A stretch of DNA of 64,000 nt from Euglena gracilis (Eukaryota): contig CP154954.1 of the NCBI GenBank assembly GCA_039621445.1, forward strand, positions 8,310,634 through 8,374,633. The letters run 5' to 3'. Every line of letters begins with the position of its first letter. Within the stretch, counting starts at the first letter, position 1. The position numbers and the translations under genes were made by a program. This document shows, piece by piece, positions 10,985 to 24,989 of the stretch. Below the pieces are notes generated by a model, which saw nothing but the letters and a program-made list of their open reading frames with translations, was not told where the DNA came from and searched no databases.

Positions 10985-13900
10985 GTGTGGCCGGAGGGGG
11001 GTCTGGCTTATTGTCAATGTCTCAAAAACCTCTTTTGGGATGCTTTTCTTTGTCCAGCACATCCTCAAAAAACGCGACCCAAAAAAACCCGCAAAAAAAC
11101 CGCATGTTGCATATACATTCCCCCTGACCTGCAACCCCCTGGACTGGGGGGTCGTTGTTTAGGGGTGGTCGGTGGGCAAAGGGGGGGGGGTAGGAAAGCT
11201 TTTGGCTCCTCCAGGAAAATTTTCCATTTTGCAAAAATGAGCATATTGTTGACCAAAAAAAGTGCAAAAATGACAAAAAAAATTGACATAATTTTAGGTC
11301 TCAGGGAAAATTAGGACCAAAACGAGGAATTTCAAAGGAGGAGTCAAAAAAAATCTCCCAGCAAAAAAATCCAAAAATCGCCAAGGAAAAAATGCAAAAA
11401 GAATAAAAGAACATAAAAACACAAATTCTGCCAAAATCGAAAAACGGTTAAAAACACAATTTTTTTTTGTGTTTTATCCCCCCTGCTTTAACCCCCCCAA
11501 AAGGATTGTTCCTTTGTGGAAATGCACAAAAGAGCACCAAAAAAACTGAAATGCGAGACTGCTGCCTAAATCCATATGATTTCCTGAACATTATTTTACC
11601 AAGTTTTTGATCCAAGCTGTGCTCTTTGTTGAGGAAAACTTTTGGTCATTGCCAATTGCCAACATTTAAATACATATTAAGAATAGCCTGGGGAAAAAAC
11701 AGCGGCGAACTTGCAAAAAAAACAACAAATTTTGGCAAGATTGAGAAACTGTGAAAAAATGCTTGGAAAAAAGTGCAAAAATGAAAAAAAAATGGAAATA
11801 AGTGAAAAAAAATGGAAAGGTGGTTTGGGCATTGGGGGGGTTGTCATATGCTCATTCTTTTTCAAAACTGTGATTTGCAGGTCATTTTTTTGGCAATTGT
11901 CCGATTTCGCCCCCCCCCCCCCGAGGGAAGGTGGGCTAGCCAGCCCAAATTTCTAGCCCTAGCCCAGCAACCATCCGGGTCTTTACAGAGGTGCATGGAT
12001 CCAACCATTTCATTTTGCAAGTTTACAGCACATTTTCCTTTGGCGTTGCATTTTGGGTCAGGCGAACTTTTTATGTCCTCTCCAGCAGCCGGGGAGCTCC
12101 TAAAGGAACTTACTTGCAACTTGCATTTTTTGCATTGCATATTTTGCGGAGCCTTGCTGCATATTCAGGGGGGTGGGGGTGCGGATTACATCATCCCGCA
12201 TGATCCCACATAATTTGCTTTTTTGGGAAAATTTGAAAAACGAAAGGCCCAGAAAAGCATTCAAAACAAATGCCTTCTGTTTCAGAGATCATTTTGGATC
12301 ATTTTTGGATCATTTTCCCCATAGAACTTACAATTGAGCATTATGCACGGGTGAGAAATTTTGACTGCATAATCCCGCATAAATTTCATGGTCAAAGTCT
12401 GACCCAAAAAAACCCATCAGGCCCCCAGGTGCTTTTTTTTTGTAGTTTCAGACTTCTTCAGTACTTTCTACAGTAAATGCTCTTTTTTCCTCTCACAATT
12501 GCATCCATTTTGTGATTTATCCAATGTTCTTGTTGAATTATCTTCTTAGTTTGTTTGGCTCATTGAAGTGCAGAGGAGGGGGTTGTTGTTTGGCAGTCAA
12601 AGTTGGTCCTGAGAGCGGGAGGTCACCCTACCTTTTCACCTCAAAAATTAGGCTGAAAAATCGAACCCAGCTGGATTTGGGCTTTTTGCCTTTTTTTGGG
12701 GGGGGTGCCGGACCCACCCCTCCGGATCCCCATCTCCATGGGGAGGGGGGATCCAGATATCAGCTTTTTTCAGCCTGGAACCCTCCCCCCCTCTGGTACT
12801 TCAGAAATTCCCTGATCGGGCTTCCTTTTGAGGTACGCGAATACCAACACAAATACCATTTTCTGGGGAAAAAACATCAGCTTTGAGGAAAAAAATACCC
12901 ATGTACACACCATCTATTTCCCAGTTTCTCCATGTGGTTGGTGCACGCATTTGCGCGGACAAACAAGTTTCATTTGTGGGCGCATTTGCGCGCAAGGACA
13001 TGTCATTTTAATTTCGACATTTTGCGTTGTGCGTGCCGACAAACAAAATTTGTTTGTGCGCACAAATGCGCGCACAAACACAGGTCAGTTGCGCGTGTTT
13101 GGCTGGGGAACACATGTAGTATGTTGTGTAATATCCTTTCGTTCCTAACGGGCGGCTGCACCCTGGCCAGTTTGAGGCACCACGTCAGCATCAGTGCCAA
13201 TTGTCGTCACAGTGGGTGTGTGTTTCCCTCCTGTTTGACATCCGAGAGCACCAATCTCATCCTCGGCCCCCTCGCGTCACTCGGTGAGAAACATGTGTAC
13301 CAAACCACCTGGCATTACAGCCCAGTTACAGTTGCAGCCCTCCAATACCGGGTTGCAGCAAAGTCCGAATTTGGTCACTCAAGGTGTCTTAACCTTCTTT
13401 TTAATTACAGCAATTTCCCGTGTTATTTGCAGCACAAATGCAGCAAATCCCGTGCCTGCAATGATCATTTTCGCAATTGCTCACGTGTTCCGTTGTGCAA
13501 TTGCGCAAAGGAACATTTCTTGTTGCGCATTTTCAAAGAGGAACCATTTCCAGGATTGTGGGAACGGTCCGTTTGAGCAGTTGTGCAAATGGAACGTTCC
13601 CGCGGTTGCACCAACAGTCTCTATGTGCAGTTGTGCAACTGGTTCCTTGGCGCGATTGCGCAAAGGAACCCCCAATTTTCTAAAGTCAAAGTGCCATTGT
13701 GCTGGGTTCGGTGTCATCTGCCCTGTTTTTTTCCCCCAACAACATCCCCAGTTGATGAGGCATCCTTTGAAAGATTCCCAAAGACACGTGGTAGGCGCAC
13801 ACAGACGTGCTCCAGGGTACCCTAATTTTCTAATTCCTCATATCTCCCCCTTGCGGTCACCAGACCACATCCCAACCACATTTTATGGGTCGCGTTCCCA

Positions 13901-14561
13901 GTATTAGGGATTTCAGGAACAAGGCACCTTTGCGCAAAGGCACAAAGGAACAAGCCAATGTGTCAAGTGTGAGCGCCGCCGCCTAACTTGGTCCTGTTGA
14001 GTATTTTTTAAAAAGGGGGATTAGTTGGTGGGCAGAGAAAATGTTGCTCAAAAAACCGACCTCAAAATTGCCCGCCGCAAATTATGGCAAATGACATTTT
14101 CCGTGACCCTCAGGCAGGAACCACAATCTTGTAGTTGGTCAAAGACAGTTTGGCGGACCACGCAAACCATGTGCATCCTGGGTGGCAGATGGGAAGCGGT
14201 CGCCGTTCAATAGAAGGTGGGTGTCTGGGGTTTACAGTGTCAAAAATCATGGGAGACAAAAAATACGGAGGGAAAAAACAGGTGGAAATTTATTGGAAAA
14301 TTTTCAAATATGAAAAAAATTTGAAAAATGGTATTTTTAATAATGGGAAAGTTTTAGCTTTTTGAAACCAATGAGGGGACATTTTTGGGGCTCTTTTTGC
14401 AAAGTATTTTTTCGAAATGGATTGGACGGAAGTACCTCGTGCAGTTTAACCACACCCATTTAGACCATGCCACAGCTCGGTTGTGCTCCACTCCTTGGAC
14501 ACTGTCCATACAGGGGGGATCGACTGTGAAAAAAGCTTTCTACCACTCCTCTGCTCTACAG

Positions 14562-14606
14562 AAGCTTGGAGTGAAGCACGAGGCTCTGTCGCTCATCCAC
14601 CCTCAG
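14562..14606 (+). CDS. IFT52: IFT52 exon
   Basis: cag| KLGVKHEALSLIHPQ |gtgtga; 45 nt, fills the expected LxVKHExLxLIxPQ segment. Confidence 0.88.
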
Positions 14607-14704
14607 GTGTGATCTGACCCTCTATGAAATAACTGGCTCGAAGGAACGTCGATGGCAACAGTTGACAGCACCTGCTTGGTCCACTTTTGCGCAATCTCAT
14701 TGTA

Positions 14705-14969
14705 CCCCCCCCCCCTTGTCGTACAACCACCCCTCATTTACGACCACCCCCGGTCACAGGTTGCAGGTCATGGGGTGTTATGACCACCGCCCCCCCGGTC
14801 ACAGGTTGCAGGTTACGAAAATTTTAGCACCATTTTACCAACGGCCGCCCCCTCATTTACGACCACCCCCCGGTGACACAGGTTGCAGGTTATGGGGGTG
14901 TTACGACCCCCCCCCCCCCTGGTCACAGGTTGCAGGAACCCGGTCGTACGACAAGGGGGGGGGGGCGGG
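14705..14969. mobile_element. TA-flanked MITE with internal GGTCACAGGTTGCAGG repeats (Tc1/mariner-like)
   Basis: TIR CCCCCTTGTCGTAC / GTACGACAAGGGGG, flanked by TA at 14703-14704 and 14970-14971; four internal ~16-20-bp repeats. Confidence 0.6.
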
Positions 14970-16243
14970 TAAGTGGAAATTCGCCTGTTTGGAACTCTCT
15001 TGTCCAATGAACATCCCCGGTTGGCATTTGCCATAACTTGTTTTTGGGTGGCCGGCCAGGATTGAAAGTGATGGGTGTCACTGCAGGGTTTGGGGTTCGA
15101 AAAAGGAGGGTGTGCGGGGGTGGCCCCCCCCCCCTCCACAAGAGGTGGGCCCAGACCACAACCTGCCAAGGTGGTCCGGACCGCCCCGGGGCCCTGCCCC
15201 CCAAAAAGGGTAAAGTTTCCCTCTGGCATTTTATGCCAAAAATTTTGGGCATGCTTGACAAATTTCGCCCAAAAAGGTCCCCAAAGAGAAAGGGCATTTT
15301 TGGCCGATTGGGAGGGCAGAACTTTCGGTCCAGCGCTTCGTGCGGACCAAAAATGGGTCAGCCAGACCGTGCCACTGTTCAGGTGGCGTTTCCCCCCCCC
15401 CCACTACTGGACTGGGGGGGCATCCAACCCCCCCCCCCCCCCTGCCCTTATTGCAGGGCCTGAGAAGGTCGGGAAACTCATTTTTGAGGTTTTGCCTGTC
15501 CTAGGATGCCGGAAACCATTTCCCCCCCTGATATCAGCCTCTTTTTTTTGCCAAAATATGGCCATTTTTTGGCAGTTTTTTTGTGAGATTGTCATTGAAT
15601 GTGCTGGGACCAGGGGTCCAGCAAACAGCTCCCAGCCAGGCTGGGGGGGGGGGGTCCACTGAAATAAAGTTTGGGCCAGCGCAGCCACACTGAGCAGAAA
15701 AGGCATGGACACAAAGAACTGGAGAAATATTTTCAAAAAAATGGTGTCAAAATGGCTGAAAAAAATGGTGTTCTTGAAGGTTTTCTGGGTTTGAAGGTTT
15801 TCAAATCCTCAAAGTTTCAGCTGAGAATTTCAGTTCCAGCCCAGCTGGATTTGATTTCCTGCCACAATTTGGGTGCAGTCGGGTCCAGCCTGGCAGCCAA
15901 TTTGACCTCTCCCAATTTGGAACCCCCGCCCCCTGGGGGGGGGTGATCCAGCCAGTATTTTTTTCCCCAGTCAGCACATTTTTTTCCAGTCAGGATGTTC
16001 GCCCCCCCCCCCCAAGAAAACCACTGGCTGACATTTATTTTATATATGCTCAAGTACCCCCCTGCTTTCATGTTGGGGGAAAAAAAACCTGCCCCACCCA
16101 AGTTGGCTGTTTCTTTTTGTATTTCCAACCGGCTCAGCACCACAAGTGACTTCGAGGCGGGGGGGGTGTAACGACAACAACACGTTTCACATTTCAGGCG
16201 GTGGTTTGTTGGTTGCCGATCCTCTCGCCTCCCTCTCCGTCAG

Positions 16244-16295
16244 TTCGAGACCCCACTGCCGCCATTGTACCCTTCGGTGTTTCCGCCCACACACC
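16244..16295 (+). CDS. IFT52: IFT52 exon, followed by a non-conventional intron
   Basis: cag| FETPLPPLYPSVFPPTH+c; IFT52 FETPLP..PxVFPP motif. Confidence 0.85.
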
Positions 16296-17143
16296 GCGCA
16301 AGGCTTGTCAATGTGAAAACATTCCCCTCACTCCCATTCCCTTGTTTGAGAACCCCCATCCCAAAAATGGCCCGAAATGATTTGGGGTCCAAAAATCATT
16401 TAAATCGCTGGAAATGCCTTAAAATGCCTGAAATGGAAATTTCCGTGGCCCGAAATTATTTGCGTTTTTATGACCAATCCTATGTTCAAAGTTTTGTTTT
16501 CATCATGACAATCAGGATGTGTGGTGTGTAGGCTTCTTTTTGAGAAAGATTGTACCCCCTGGGGGGGGGTATTATGGGCAGGCAGGGGGTAGGGCACGTT
16601 CGAGCCCCCCCCCCCCCCCCGGGAGGTTTGGGGGTTTGGCCCCAACCGGCCTCTACCAGCCCCTCTACCGGCGCCGAAGGCTCCAGGGGCCCGAAAATGG
16701 CTAATTTCAAGAGAAGTTTGGACTTTGCCTGGGTTGGCAGGCACCGGGGTCCGACCCCTCCCCCGGGTGTGCCTGTGATGGGCAGGCACCCAATAGCACA
16801 AGGCACCCTCCCTCCCCCCAGGGTTGGTAAAAAGAAGCCGGGTGGTGTGTGGGTGTGTGTGTTTCCTTAGAAGCCAGGTTGAGAAAGAGCTCCTATCCGC
16901 AAGCACCTTAAGTAAGCTTGGGTCAGGTCAGATACAGTTTGTTCTCTGAAATTGAGCAATCAAGCATTTCCCAATTTTGGGCAGTTGATGCACTGATCAT
17001 TTTGTATCTTATTTCCATTGAAAATGTTCCCAAAATTTTTCATTTCCCATATTTTTTTGTTTGGATTATATTGGCGAAAGAGAAGCAATTGTGTCTGATT
17101 CCAAAAGCCCCCAACGGGAACTCTAACGAAGAGCCTTGGCATT
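16296..17143 (+). other. Euglenid-type non-conventional (non GT-AG) intron
   Basis: Ends GCGCAAGGCTT...GAGCCTTGGCATT; +4..+6 CAA pairs with -8..-6 TTG within an 8-bp stem; starts with a purine and ends with a pyrimidine; removal gives in-frame PPTH-R-EPPPPALDLF. Confidence 0.85.
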
Positions 17144-17233
17144 GTGAGCCGCCGCCGCCAGCATTGGACCTCTTTGATTTGGATGAGCATTTCGCCACGG
17201 AGAAGGCGCGGTTGGCATACCTGACAAATAAAT
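17144..17233 (+). CDS. IFT52: IFT52 exon
   Basis: (R)EPPPPALDLFDLDEHFATEKARLAYLTNK+t |gtgtgt. Confidence 0.9.
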
Positions 17234-17756
17234 GTGTGTTTGTTGTGAGTTGGGGGCAGGGGCTACCCCGGGTCCAGCCAGCCAGCCAGCATTTTTTTTC
17301 GGCCAGCACCTCTCAGCCGGGCTGCAGGCCCCCCCACCTGAACCCCCTACTCCCCAGGGGGGGGGGGGGGTCCGGCCAACACCTTTTTCCAGCCAGCACC
17401 TTTTTCCAGCCAGCACCTTTTTCCAGCCGGCCCCCGGGACCCCTCAGGGGTCTTTAAGAAACGCCCTGGTTGCGGGATATTTGATTTAATGGTGTTTGTT
17501 CAAAGATCATTCTATTAATTATGAGACAATATGACAATATGCAAAGCAATTATGTTCTGCCAGTTACCGCTTATTCGCATTTTTCATACCAAAATTTACC
17601 TAAAATATTCGGATTCCTTGGCAAATCTCCCTGTTTTTTTTTTAAATTTGGAATTTTCCGACAACCCACCCACCCACCCATTTCCCTCTCCCCCGACCCT
17701 CATATATGCACACACATCCACATACATCCACACCCACAACCTCAAAACCCCAACCC

Positions 17757-17968
17757 CACACACCACCCACTCACACACCCACACACCCACCCACCCACAC
17801 ACACACGCACCAACCCACCCACCCACCCACACACACAACACAAACGCGCGCACACACACAACACAACACAACACAACACAGCACAGCACAACACAACACA
17901 ACACAACACAACACAACACAACACAACACAACACAACACAACACAACACAACACACACACACACACAC
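17757..17968. repeat. (CA)n/(ACACA)n microsatellite
   Basis: Direct inspection. Confidence 0.95.
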
Positions 17969-18360
17969 CAAGGTGTAAGCTTTAGAGAATTTGACCCCAC
18001 CCCCTGGGTGGTTCAAGCTAGCCAGCAGCCTTTTTCCAGCCCCGGACCCCCTCCCCCCATGAAAAATACCAGCAATAATTAAATAATAAATAAATTCTTT
18101 GTTTGTTTGTTTCCAGCCACCCTTTGGGCGGCTGGAAATAAATGATTTTTGCTTTTGGGGATACAAAAATGGGCAAAAATAGGTCAGATTTGGCCGGCCA
18201 GGAAGAATTTGTGGGTCAAAAAAAAATCGTTTTTGGGCATTTTTGCATTTTCGATTTTTTTTGGTTCCCGGTTCGGCCCGGGGCGGGGGGTCGGCCAGCA
18301 GCCTTTTCCAGCCAGTCCAAGTTTTCCAACCCCCGCGGGGAGTCGTTAAAAAATTCCCTG

Positions 18361-18379
18361 ACACACACACACGCGCACG

Positions 18380-18456
<77 letters not shown>

Positions 18457-18458
18457 GC
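18361..18458. repeat. (CA)n microsatellite
   Basis: Direct inspection. Confidence 0.95.
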
Positions 18459-20056
18459 ATATCCCCCCCCCAAATTCCCCCACCCACACCCACCCACACA
18501 CCCATGGGGATGTATGGGAATTGTGGGAGGTCCCTACCATCACCCCACCCCTGAGGGGTGAGGTGGTGGGGGGAGGTCTGGACCCCCCCCCCTTGGATGC
18601 TGGGAGGGGCTATCCAGACCATGCCATTGCTCAAGGTGCACAATATGCTCAAAATGAGGGAAAACAGCATTTTTTTTGCATTTTCCGGCGCACAGCACAG
18701 CACACAGTGCCGGAAAGATTTTTCGCCATTTTTAGAACCTGCCCAAAGGGGGGGGGGCAGGGGGACCTGGACCCTGCCATTTCTCACTGACCCCCCAGGG
18801 GGAGGGGGTCATTTTCCATTTTCAAAAAACAGTCAGTCACTTTTTTGAAAACCAGTCACCCACTTCCTATCCAGGGGGCGGGCTTCGATGTAAAGGCAGG
18901 TGGGGGGGGGTCAGCCCCCCCCTCTGGTCCACAGGGAGACACCCCCACCTCTACAGTGGAACGTAGAGGTTTCTGGGAAATCAAAAAAAATGCAAAAAAA
19001 TTTCGGCACAAAGCGCCGGAAAGAACAATTTGACCTGTTGGGGGGTCCCAAGTAACTCCCCCTTCCTGGACCGGAGGGGGGAGTTATATCGAACACCCTC
19101 CTTATATCAAACCCTGGGTGGGCACTCAGCCAAAAATGTCCAAAAATCGAAGGATTCTGGCCAAAAACCAAAAAACCCCGGCGGCATGGCCGGGGGATTA
19201 TCCGGAGGCTTCAGCAGCAGGTGGCCATTCCCCCCCCCCGGGAGGTCTGGAGCCAAATACCAGTCAGTCACTCCGAAAAAAAAAACCAGTCAGTCACCGG
19301 GGGTCGGACGCAGTTGATTTGGTGTTTTCCATTTGAATTACAGAGTTTTCAAAACATTCGGGAATTGCAATGGCGTTTTTGGATGTCCAGCCTTTTGACT
19401 GTCCACAGAACCGAAAAGATTTCCGGCCCCATCGCCGTTTTGAGTAGAGGTGGTGGTGTCCGACCCCCCCCCCCCCATAATGGGAGGGGTCCGGACCCCC
19501 CCCCCCCGGGCTTCCCAAGCATTTTTTCCATCCCCTCCAGCTCAAGCACAGCACAGGGGGGCTCAAACGCCATGCAGTCAAGCCTCCTCGGGAGAGGGAG
19601 GCTGCGAACCCTTAAGCAGGAGGGTGACCCAAACATGCAGGGTTAGCTTATTAATTATTCATGGCACCAAATCCTCTGAAATACCCCCCCCCCCGTCCAA
19701 ATTTGGCCAGTGGACATCCAACTGGACCCTCCCCCAGGGGGGGTTCTGCTTGGGGGTGGCTGGTGCATTTTTTTTTGACCCCCCCAAATGGCCAGGAATG
19801 CCCATTTTTGGGCATTTTTAGGGATTTTAGGAATTATTGGAACAAAAAGAAAACAAAATAAATACCATTTCCACCTCGGCACGCAGCGCCAAAGAAAAAA
19901 AATTCCAGTTCAGGGTCCCCGGAGGGGCGGTCTAGCCGGCTGGTGGCTTATTCCAGTGGCTCGTAAAACGGCTACTGGACAATCGTTAAAATTTGTCGAT
20001 GGAAGGTGAGTCCCCTCCCACCCACACCCAACAACACCAACCCTCCCCACCCAACC

Positions 20057-20390
<334 letters not shown>

Positions 20391-20847
20391 CAGGCATTTG
20401 CTTAAGGGATTGCAGTACCCCCCCGGGGGGGGGGCTGGACTGCAGCTAGTCCAAATTTGGCTAGTGGGTTTTCTAGCAGACCCCCCCCCCCCGGGGGGGG
20501 TCTGCTAGCAGGGCTAGCTAGTGGGAAAAATTTTTCCAGTGACCGGCGCGAAGCGCCGAAAATTTTTTTTGGGACCCCCAAAAATGGCCAAAAATGCCCG
20601 TTTTTGGCCATTTTTGGAAATTTTTGGAACAAAATCAGCCAAAAACCTATTAAAAACCTCATTTTTCCTCCGGCGCGCAGCGCCAGAGGAAAATTTTTTT
20701 TTCAGTCCGGGGGACCCCCAGACCCCCCCCCCCCCCCCCCCCCCCCCGGGGGGGAGGGGGGGGTCTAGCTAGTCCACTTTTTCCAGTGTCTAGCCGATTG
20801 GCTAGCCAGTACCCCCCCCCCCCCGGGGGTCCTTAAGCAAAAGCCTG
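20391..20847. mobile_element. hAT-like MITE inserted in a microsatellite
   Basis: TIR CAGGCATTTGCTTAAGG / CCTTAAGCAAAAGCCTG; perfect 8-bp TSD CCACCCAC (20383-20390, 20848-20855). Confidence 0.85.
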
Positions 20848-22010
20848 CCACCCACGCACGCACCCACGCACGCACCCACGAACGCACCCGCGCACCCGCA
20901 CACACACGCACACACACGCACACACACACACACACACCAACACACCACCCACACCCAAACCTCTGCTTGATATATTTTGCCTGATGCCTGATTTTGAGTG
21001 CCAGTGGGTGCAGTCTGGAAGCTGGTGGGACCCCCCACCCCCGGACCCCACCCCCCAAGGGATGGTGTCCAGCCAGCACCTTTCTTCCAGCTTCTTTTCC
21101 AGCCAGCTGGCTAGCTGGACCTCCCTCTCCCATCAAATCTTCACATTTCTTCTGTTTGAAGCGTGGCTGGACGGTAATGGATTTTCTGCTTTTGTGGTCA
21201 ACTCTGGACAAGTGGTCAAAATTGGCCAGAATGATTTTCCCGAAAGGTATGAGGAAAACCAAGTTTGTGGCAGCGAGGGGTTTGGCTTTCAGTTCTTTCC
21301 GAAAGAAGTGTCCATGCTGAAAATTCCCCAATTCCCTGTCTGGAGCAGATGATTCATCAATGGTGCCTTCAACATGGATTATGAGCAAAGAAACAGTTTG
21401 CATTTGATTTATTTGCTTTTGAGGAGGGTCATTTTTTTCAATTGCAAATAAAAGTCAAACTCATTGAAGACACTCTGTCATTTCTGTCTTTTTTGTGAAG
21501 TTTCTGGCGCTGTTGGTGGCAGAGAATTTCAAAAACTAGAGGTCCCCCTGGAGAGGTCGCTTTTTAAAATTGGGGTCGGTTCGGCAAAGCTGGGCTGGAA
21601 ATAATTTCTGTGTCTTGCATTATGCAACATTGGTGTGGAGCCTGTGCTTGTGCCTGTGCGCATTTTTTTTTAATAAAATAACACCAGATATCTTATTTTT
21701 CTGTAGTTTTGGGAATTCACCTGTCAGCCAAATTCAAAAATGACCAAAATTTGATGAAAAGTTTGGTGTCAGATGAATCTGGTCCTGAGCAGGGCAAGTT
21801 GATATCATTTGCCAGAAAAAAAATCTGAACAAGGAACAAAAAGGCCAAAATTTACAAAGTTTTCTATAAGCCAAGTTATGCGATAAACTAACTATCGATA
21901 AGTTGTGAGAAAAACGCTGGCTTTTCACCCCCATCAAGGACTTTTCACCCCCATCAAGTAATGGCCAGAACTCATCCCATCATGAATTGCTTGCCGCTGT
22001 GGATCAACAG

Positions 22011-22117
22011 GTGAGAATGACGATTTGGAGTATTATATATGTGAGGCAGGAGAGGCGCTGGGGGTGACCAAAAAGTTGAAGAAGGACCAGGCCGACAATG
22101 CGAAAGCCATTCTGGAG
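22011..22117 (+). CDS. IFT52: IFT52 exon
   Basis: cag| (C)ENDDLEYYICEAGEALGVTKKLKKDQADNAKAILE |gtgttg; phase 1 matches the previous exon. Confidence 0.9.
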
Positions 22118-23005
22118 GTGTTGTCAGCTCAAATGTTCTATTCCAAACAAATGATTTGGCGGCTGGTGATGAATTTTCACTGATCGCCCTCCAAGTCCTC
22201 CAAATAAGCTATTCATTATTTGAGAGATTTGATGTTTTCGCTATTAATTCTGATTTTTTGCCGTCATTTTGATCGGACTCAGATGGTACCGCTTTTTACC
22301 TTTCTTCTCCTTGTTCTTCCACCTGTTTTTTCCTTCACCTCATTTCAGAAAGGAGGGGGATGTCATTCATCTTTTGTGGGTGATGTCAAAAAGAAAACCT
22401 TGGTGTGGACAAACAGCAGGAGACAAAGATTACAGGGGAAAAAATATGGGGTTATTCAGAAGGGAAAAAAAGATGGACAATTTCAACCATTTGAGAAAAA
22501 ATGCTGGTAATTGATAATTTATTGATTGGTTTCTATTGTTTTTTTTTGTTTTTTGCACATTATTTTGTTTTTTTTTCTTCGGTTGTACCCCCCCCCCCCC
22601 CGTTTTTGCCCACTGACCACCCATACCAAGCGCTCCCTGGTTGGGGGTCAGGGGGGTCAGGGGGGTGCTGATCACCTGAGAGTGGATTTTTTTTGGAACC
22701 TGGTCGTGCAACCAACTCCCTGGTCAGGGGGTGCACCCCCCCCCCCCCGTTGTCAGGGGTTGTTGGGCACCTGGTCGGTGGGCAAGGGGGTGCGGGTTTA
22801 AGGGGGAGAATGGTCAAAATTGTCTTTACAAATGACAAACTATTTGCAATTTAGCAAAAGTCCAAAAAAAAACTGGCCAAAAAAAAACAGCTGGTGGTGG
22901 GAAACACAATTTGATGAACTGATTCATTTGACTCAGGGAATGATCCCTGTCTCCCGAAATTATAGAAGGGCACATCCTGCACCACCACCGCACCGTCTTT
23001 TGCAG

Positions 23006-23128
23006 TACATTTTCAAGCAGATTGTGCAATTTAAGAAACTCAACCACGAGTTCACCCAGAAGGCACCCAAGTCCAAGCCCAACAGCCCTGTGGATGGAAT
23101 GTTCTCGGCAATGGGAGAACATCTGTAA
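23006..23128 (+). CDS. IFT52: IFT52 terminal exon
   Basis: tgcag| YIFKQIVQFKKLNHE...GEHL TAA; IFT52 C-terminal FKKLN motif. Confidence 0.9.
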   Translation, partial: YIFKQIVQFKKLNHEFTQKAPKSKPNSPVDGMFSAMGEHL

Positions 23129-23304
23129 TAGTCCGCCACCTGTATCCAAAAAGAATTGTGTGCATTGTTCACTGACCCTGTGCATTTTTCGTCTCCCTCT
23201 TTTGACTTTGACCGACCTGACCTGTGTGTTTATCTTGTTTTGCACTATTTCACCTCCACACCGACGTGATGTTGTTTTGACCTTTGAGATTGGTTGTTTT
23301 TTGA

Positions 23305-23312
23305 ACACACAC

Positions 23313-23401
<89 letters not shown>

Positions 23402-23402
23402 G

Positions 23403-23433
<31 letters not shown>

Positions 23434-23466
23434 ACACACACACACACATAACACACACACACACAC
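23305..23466. repeat. (CA)n microsatellite 3' of IFT52
   Basis: Direct inspection. Confidence 0.95.
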
Positions 23467-24878
23467 TCGTCACTCATTCACTCATTCACACACCCACCCA
23501 TCTTCCCCCTGCTCCCCAGGTCCACAGGAAAATGGGGTCCACAGGATTTTGGGGAGGGGTGAAGAAATTCTACAGGCTGGCGGACTAATCTAGGCGGGGG
23601 GGGGATGCAAACCCAGTTTGTGTGTGTGTGTGTGTGTATTATGTATTTGCATTTTTTGGATAAATTTGCATTTTGGGTTCTTTTTTGTTTTTTTTGTGTG
23701 TTTTTGTGTGTTTTTTGTGTGATTTTTTTTCCAGCAATTTTTGGGATTTTTGCTGACACCTAAAATTTTCTCAAATTTTTGGCATTTTTGCATTCTTTCA
23801 AGTTCTCCCCAGTGAAAAGTGTGCCTCCCGGAGGAGCTCCTGAAGGAATTTTCATGAAATTTGAGTTTGTTTATATTTTTTTGAATTTTATTTTGCGAGG
23901 GTCCATGTTGCATTTCCTCTGCATGTCTGGGTGGGGAATCTGGGGTGAGAGAGGGTCCCACCCACACCCACCCACACGAACACAGCCACACCACCACACA
24001 TACCTCACACAAACATGCACGTGCACACGCGCGCGCGCGCGCGCACACACACACACCCACGCACGCAAGCACTGCTGGAGTGCAAGAACTAGAAGCACTG
24101 GACTGCACGCAAGAACGTCCCCCAAACGCACAAACACCCACACCCACCCACCCCATCCACCTCAAAACATCCACACCCACAAAACCGTCACCCCCCCACC
24201 CCCCACACACATTAATTAGGACGAATTTTTCAGGGTGAAGGGGCGGGTGTTCAGGAGAGCGGGGTGTCCCCGAGGTGTGCTCGACCCATCCCCGCACACC
24301 TGAACGTGGCGTCGCGCTGCCATTTTTTTCAACGGGGCCTAAAATAAGACCCTGTCACCTCCTTGAAGCCTGTCTTTCCTCAGCGGCCATCCTCCGGTTT
24401 GGGCCTTTTTTTTTACTCGCGTTCGGGCTTCCGCCAAGCCTGGGGTTGGCCTCGAGGAGGGCTTTTATGCCAATGAGGTGGGTGCCGCCCGCCGCTCTGC
24501 CCCACAGCTCCAGAGGGCGCTTGGGCCTTCACCTCGTCCCCCGTGGACTTGGTCTCCTCTGGGGCACCTCGGGCTTTGTGCTTCGCTCGTACTCCCTCGA
24601 GGAAAACCGACAAGGGAGGAAGGGACACCGAGGGCGAAGCACAAAGACCTTGTGAGGCCATGCCTTGCTCGCCGGCGGTGTTGTGTGGATTGTGACGCGT
24701 TGGGTTAGGAGTCTCTGCTTAGTGCCGCCTCGCCGGAGTTGGCTGACGATGCTGCTCCGACTGGGCGACGTGGCTTCTTGTCCCTGGGGGGTGTCCCCCC
24801 CCTCCCCCCCCCCTGGCCCCCACTGTCTGACCGAGGGCTTTTGAACACAAATTTTCTTTTACGGGTGGGGGGGTCGGG

Positions 24879-24984
24879 CTCACAAGGTCTTTGTGCTTCG
24901 CCCTCGGTGTCCCTTCCTCCCTTGTCGGTTTTCCTCGAGGGAGTACGAGACACCTCGGGCTCCGCACTTTGCCCTTGTGAGGCC
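24879..24984 (-). repeat. DIRS internal complementary region (ICR)
   Basis: First part is the reverse complement of the 3' terminus (24586-24657). Second part (CACCTCGGGCTCCGCACTTTGCCCTTG) is complementary to the 5' terminus at ~29070-29101. Confidence 0.88.
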
Positions 24985-24989
24985 AGATT

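Noticed and set aside
12945-13670. Palindromic TTGTGCGCACAA / TTGCGCAAAGG repeat patches as ncRNA
   Set aside because: They look like decayed MITE-type repeats; boundaries and TSDs could not be established.
20402-20836. TTAA-flanked piggyBac/Kolobok-like element
   Set aside because: The TTAA lies inside longer CAGG..CCTG TIRs with an 8-bp TSD, so the element is hAT-like.
21100-21403. Protein-like minus-strand ORF in an IFT52 intron
   Set aside because: No recognisable motif or splice context; possibly a TE remnant but unsupported.
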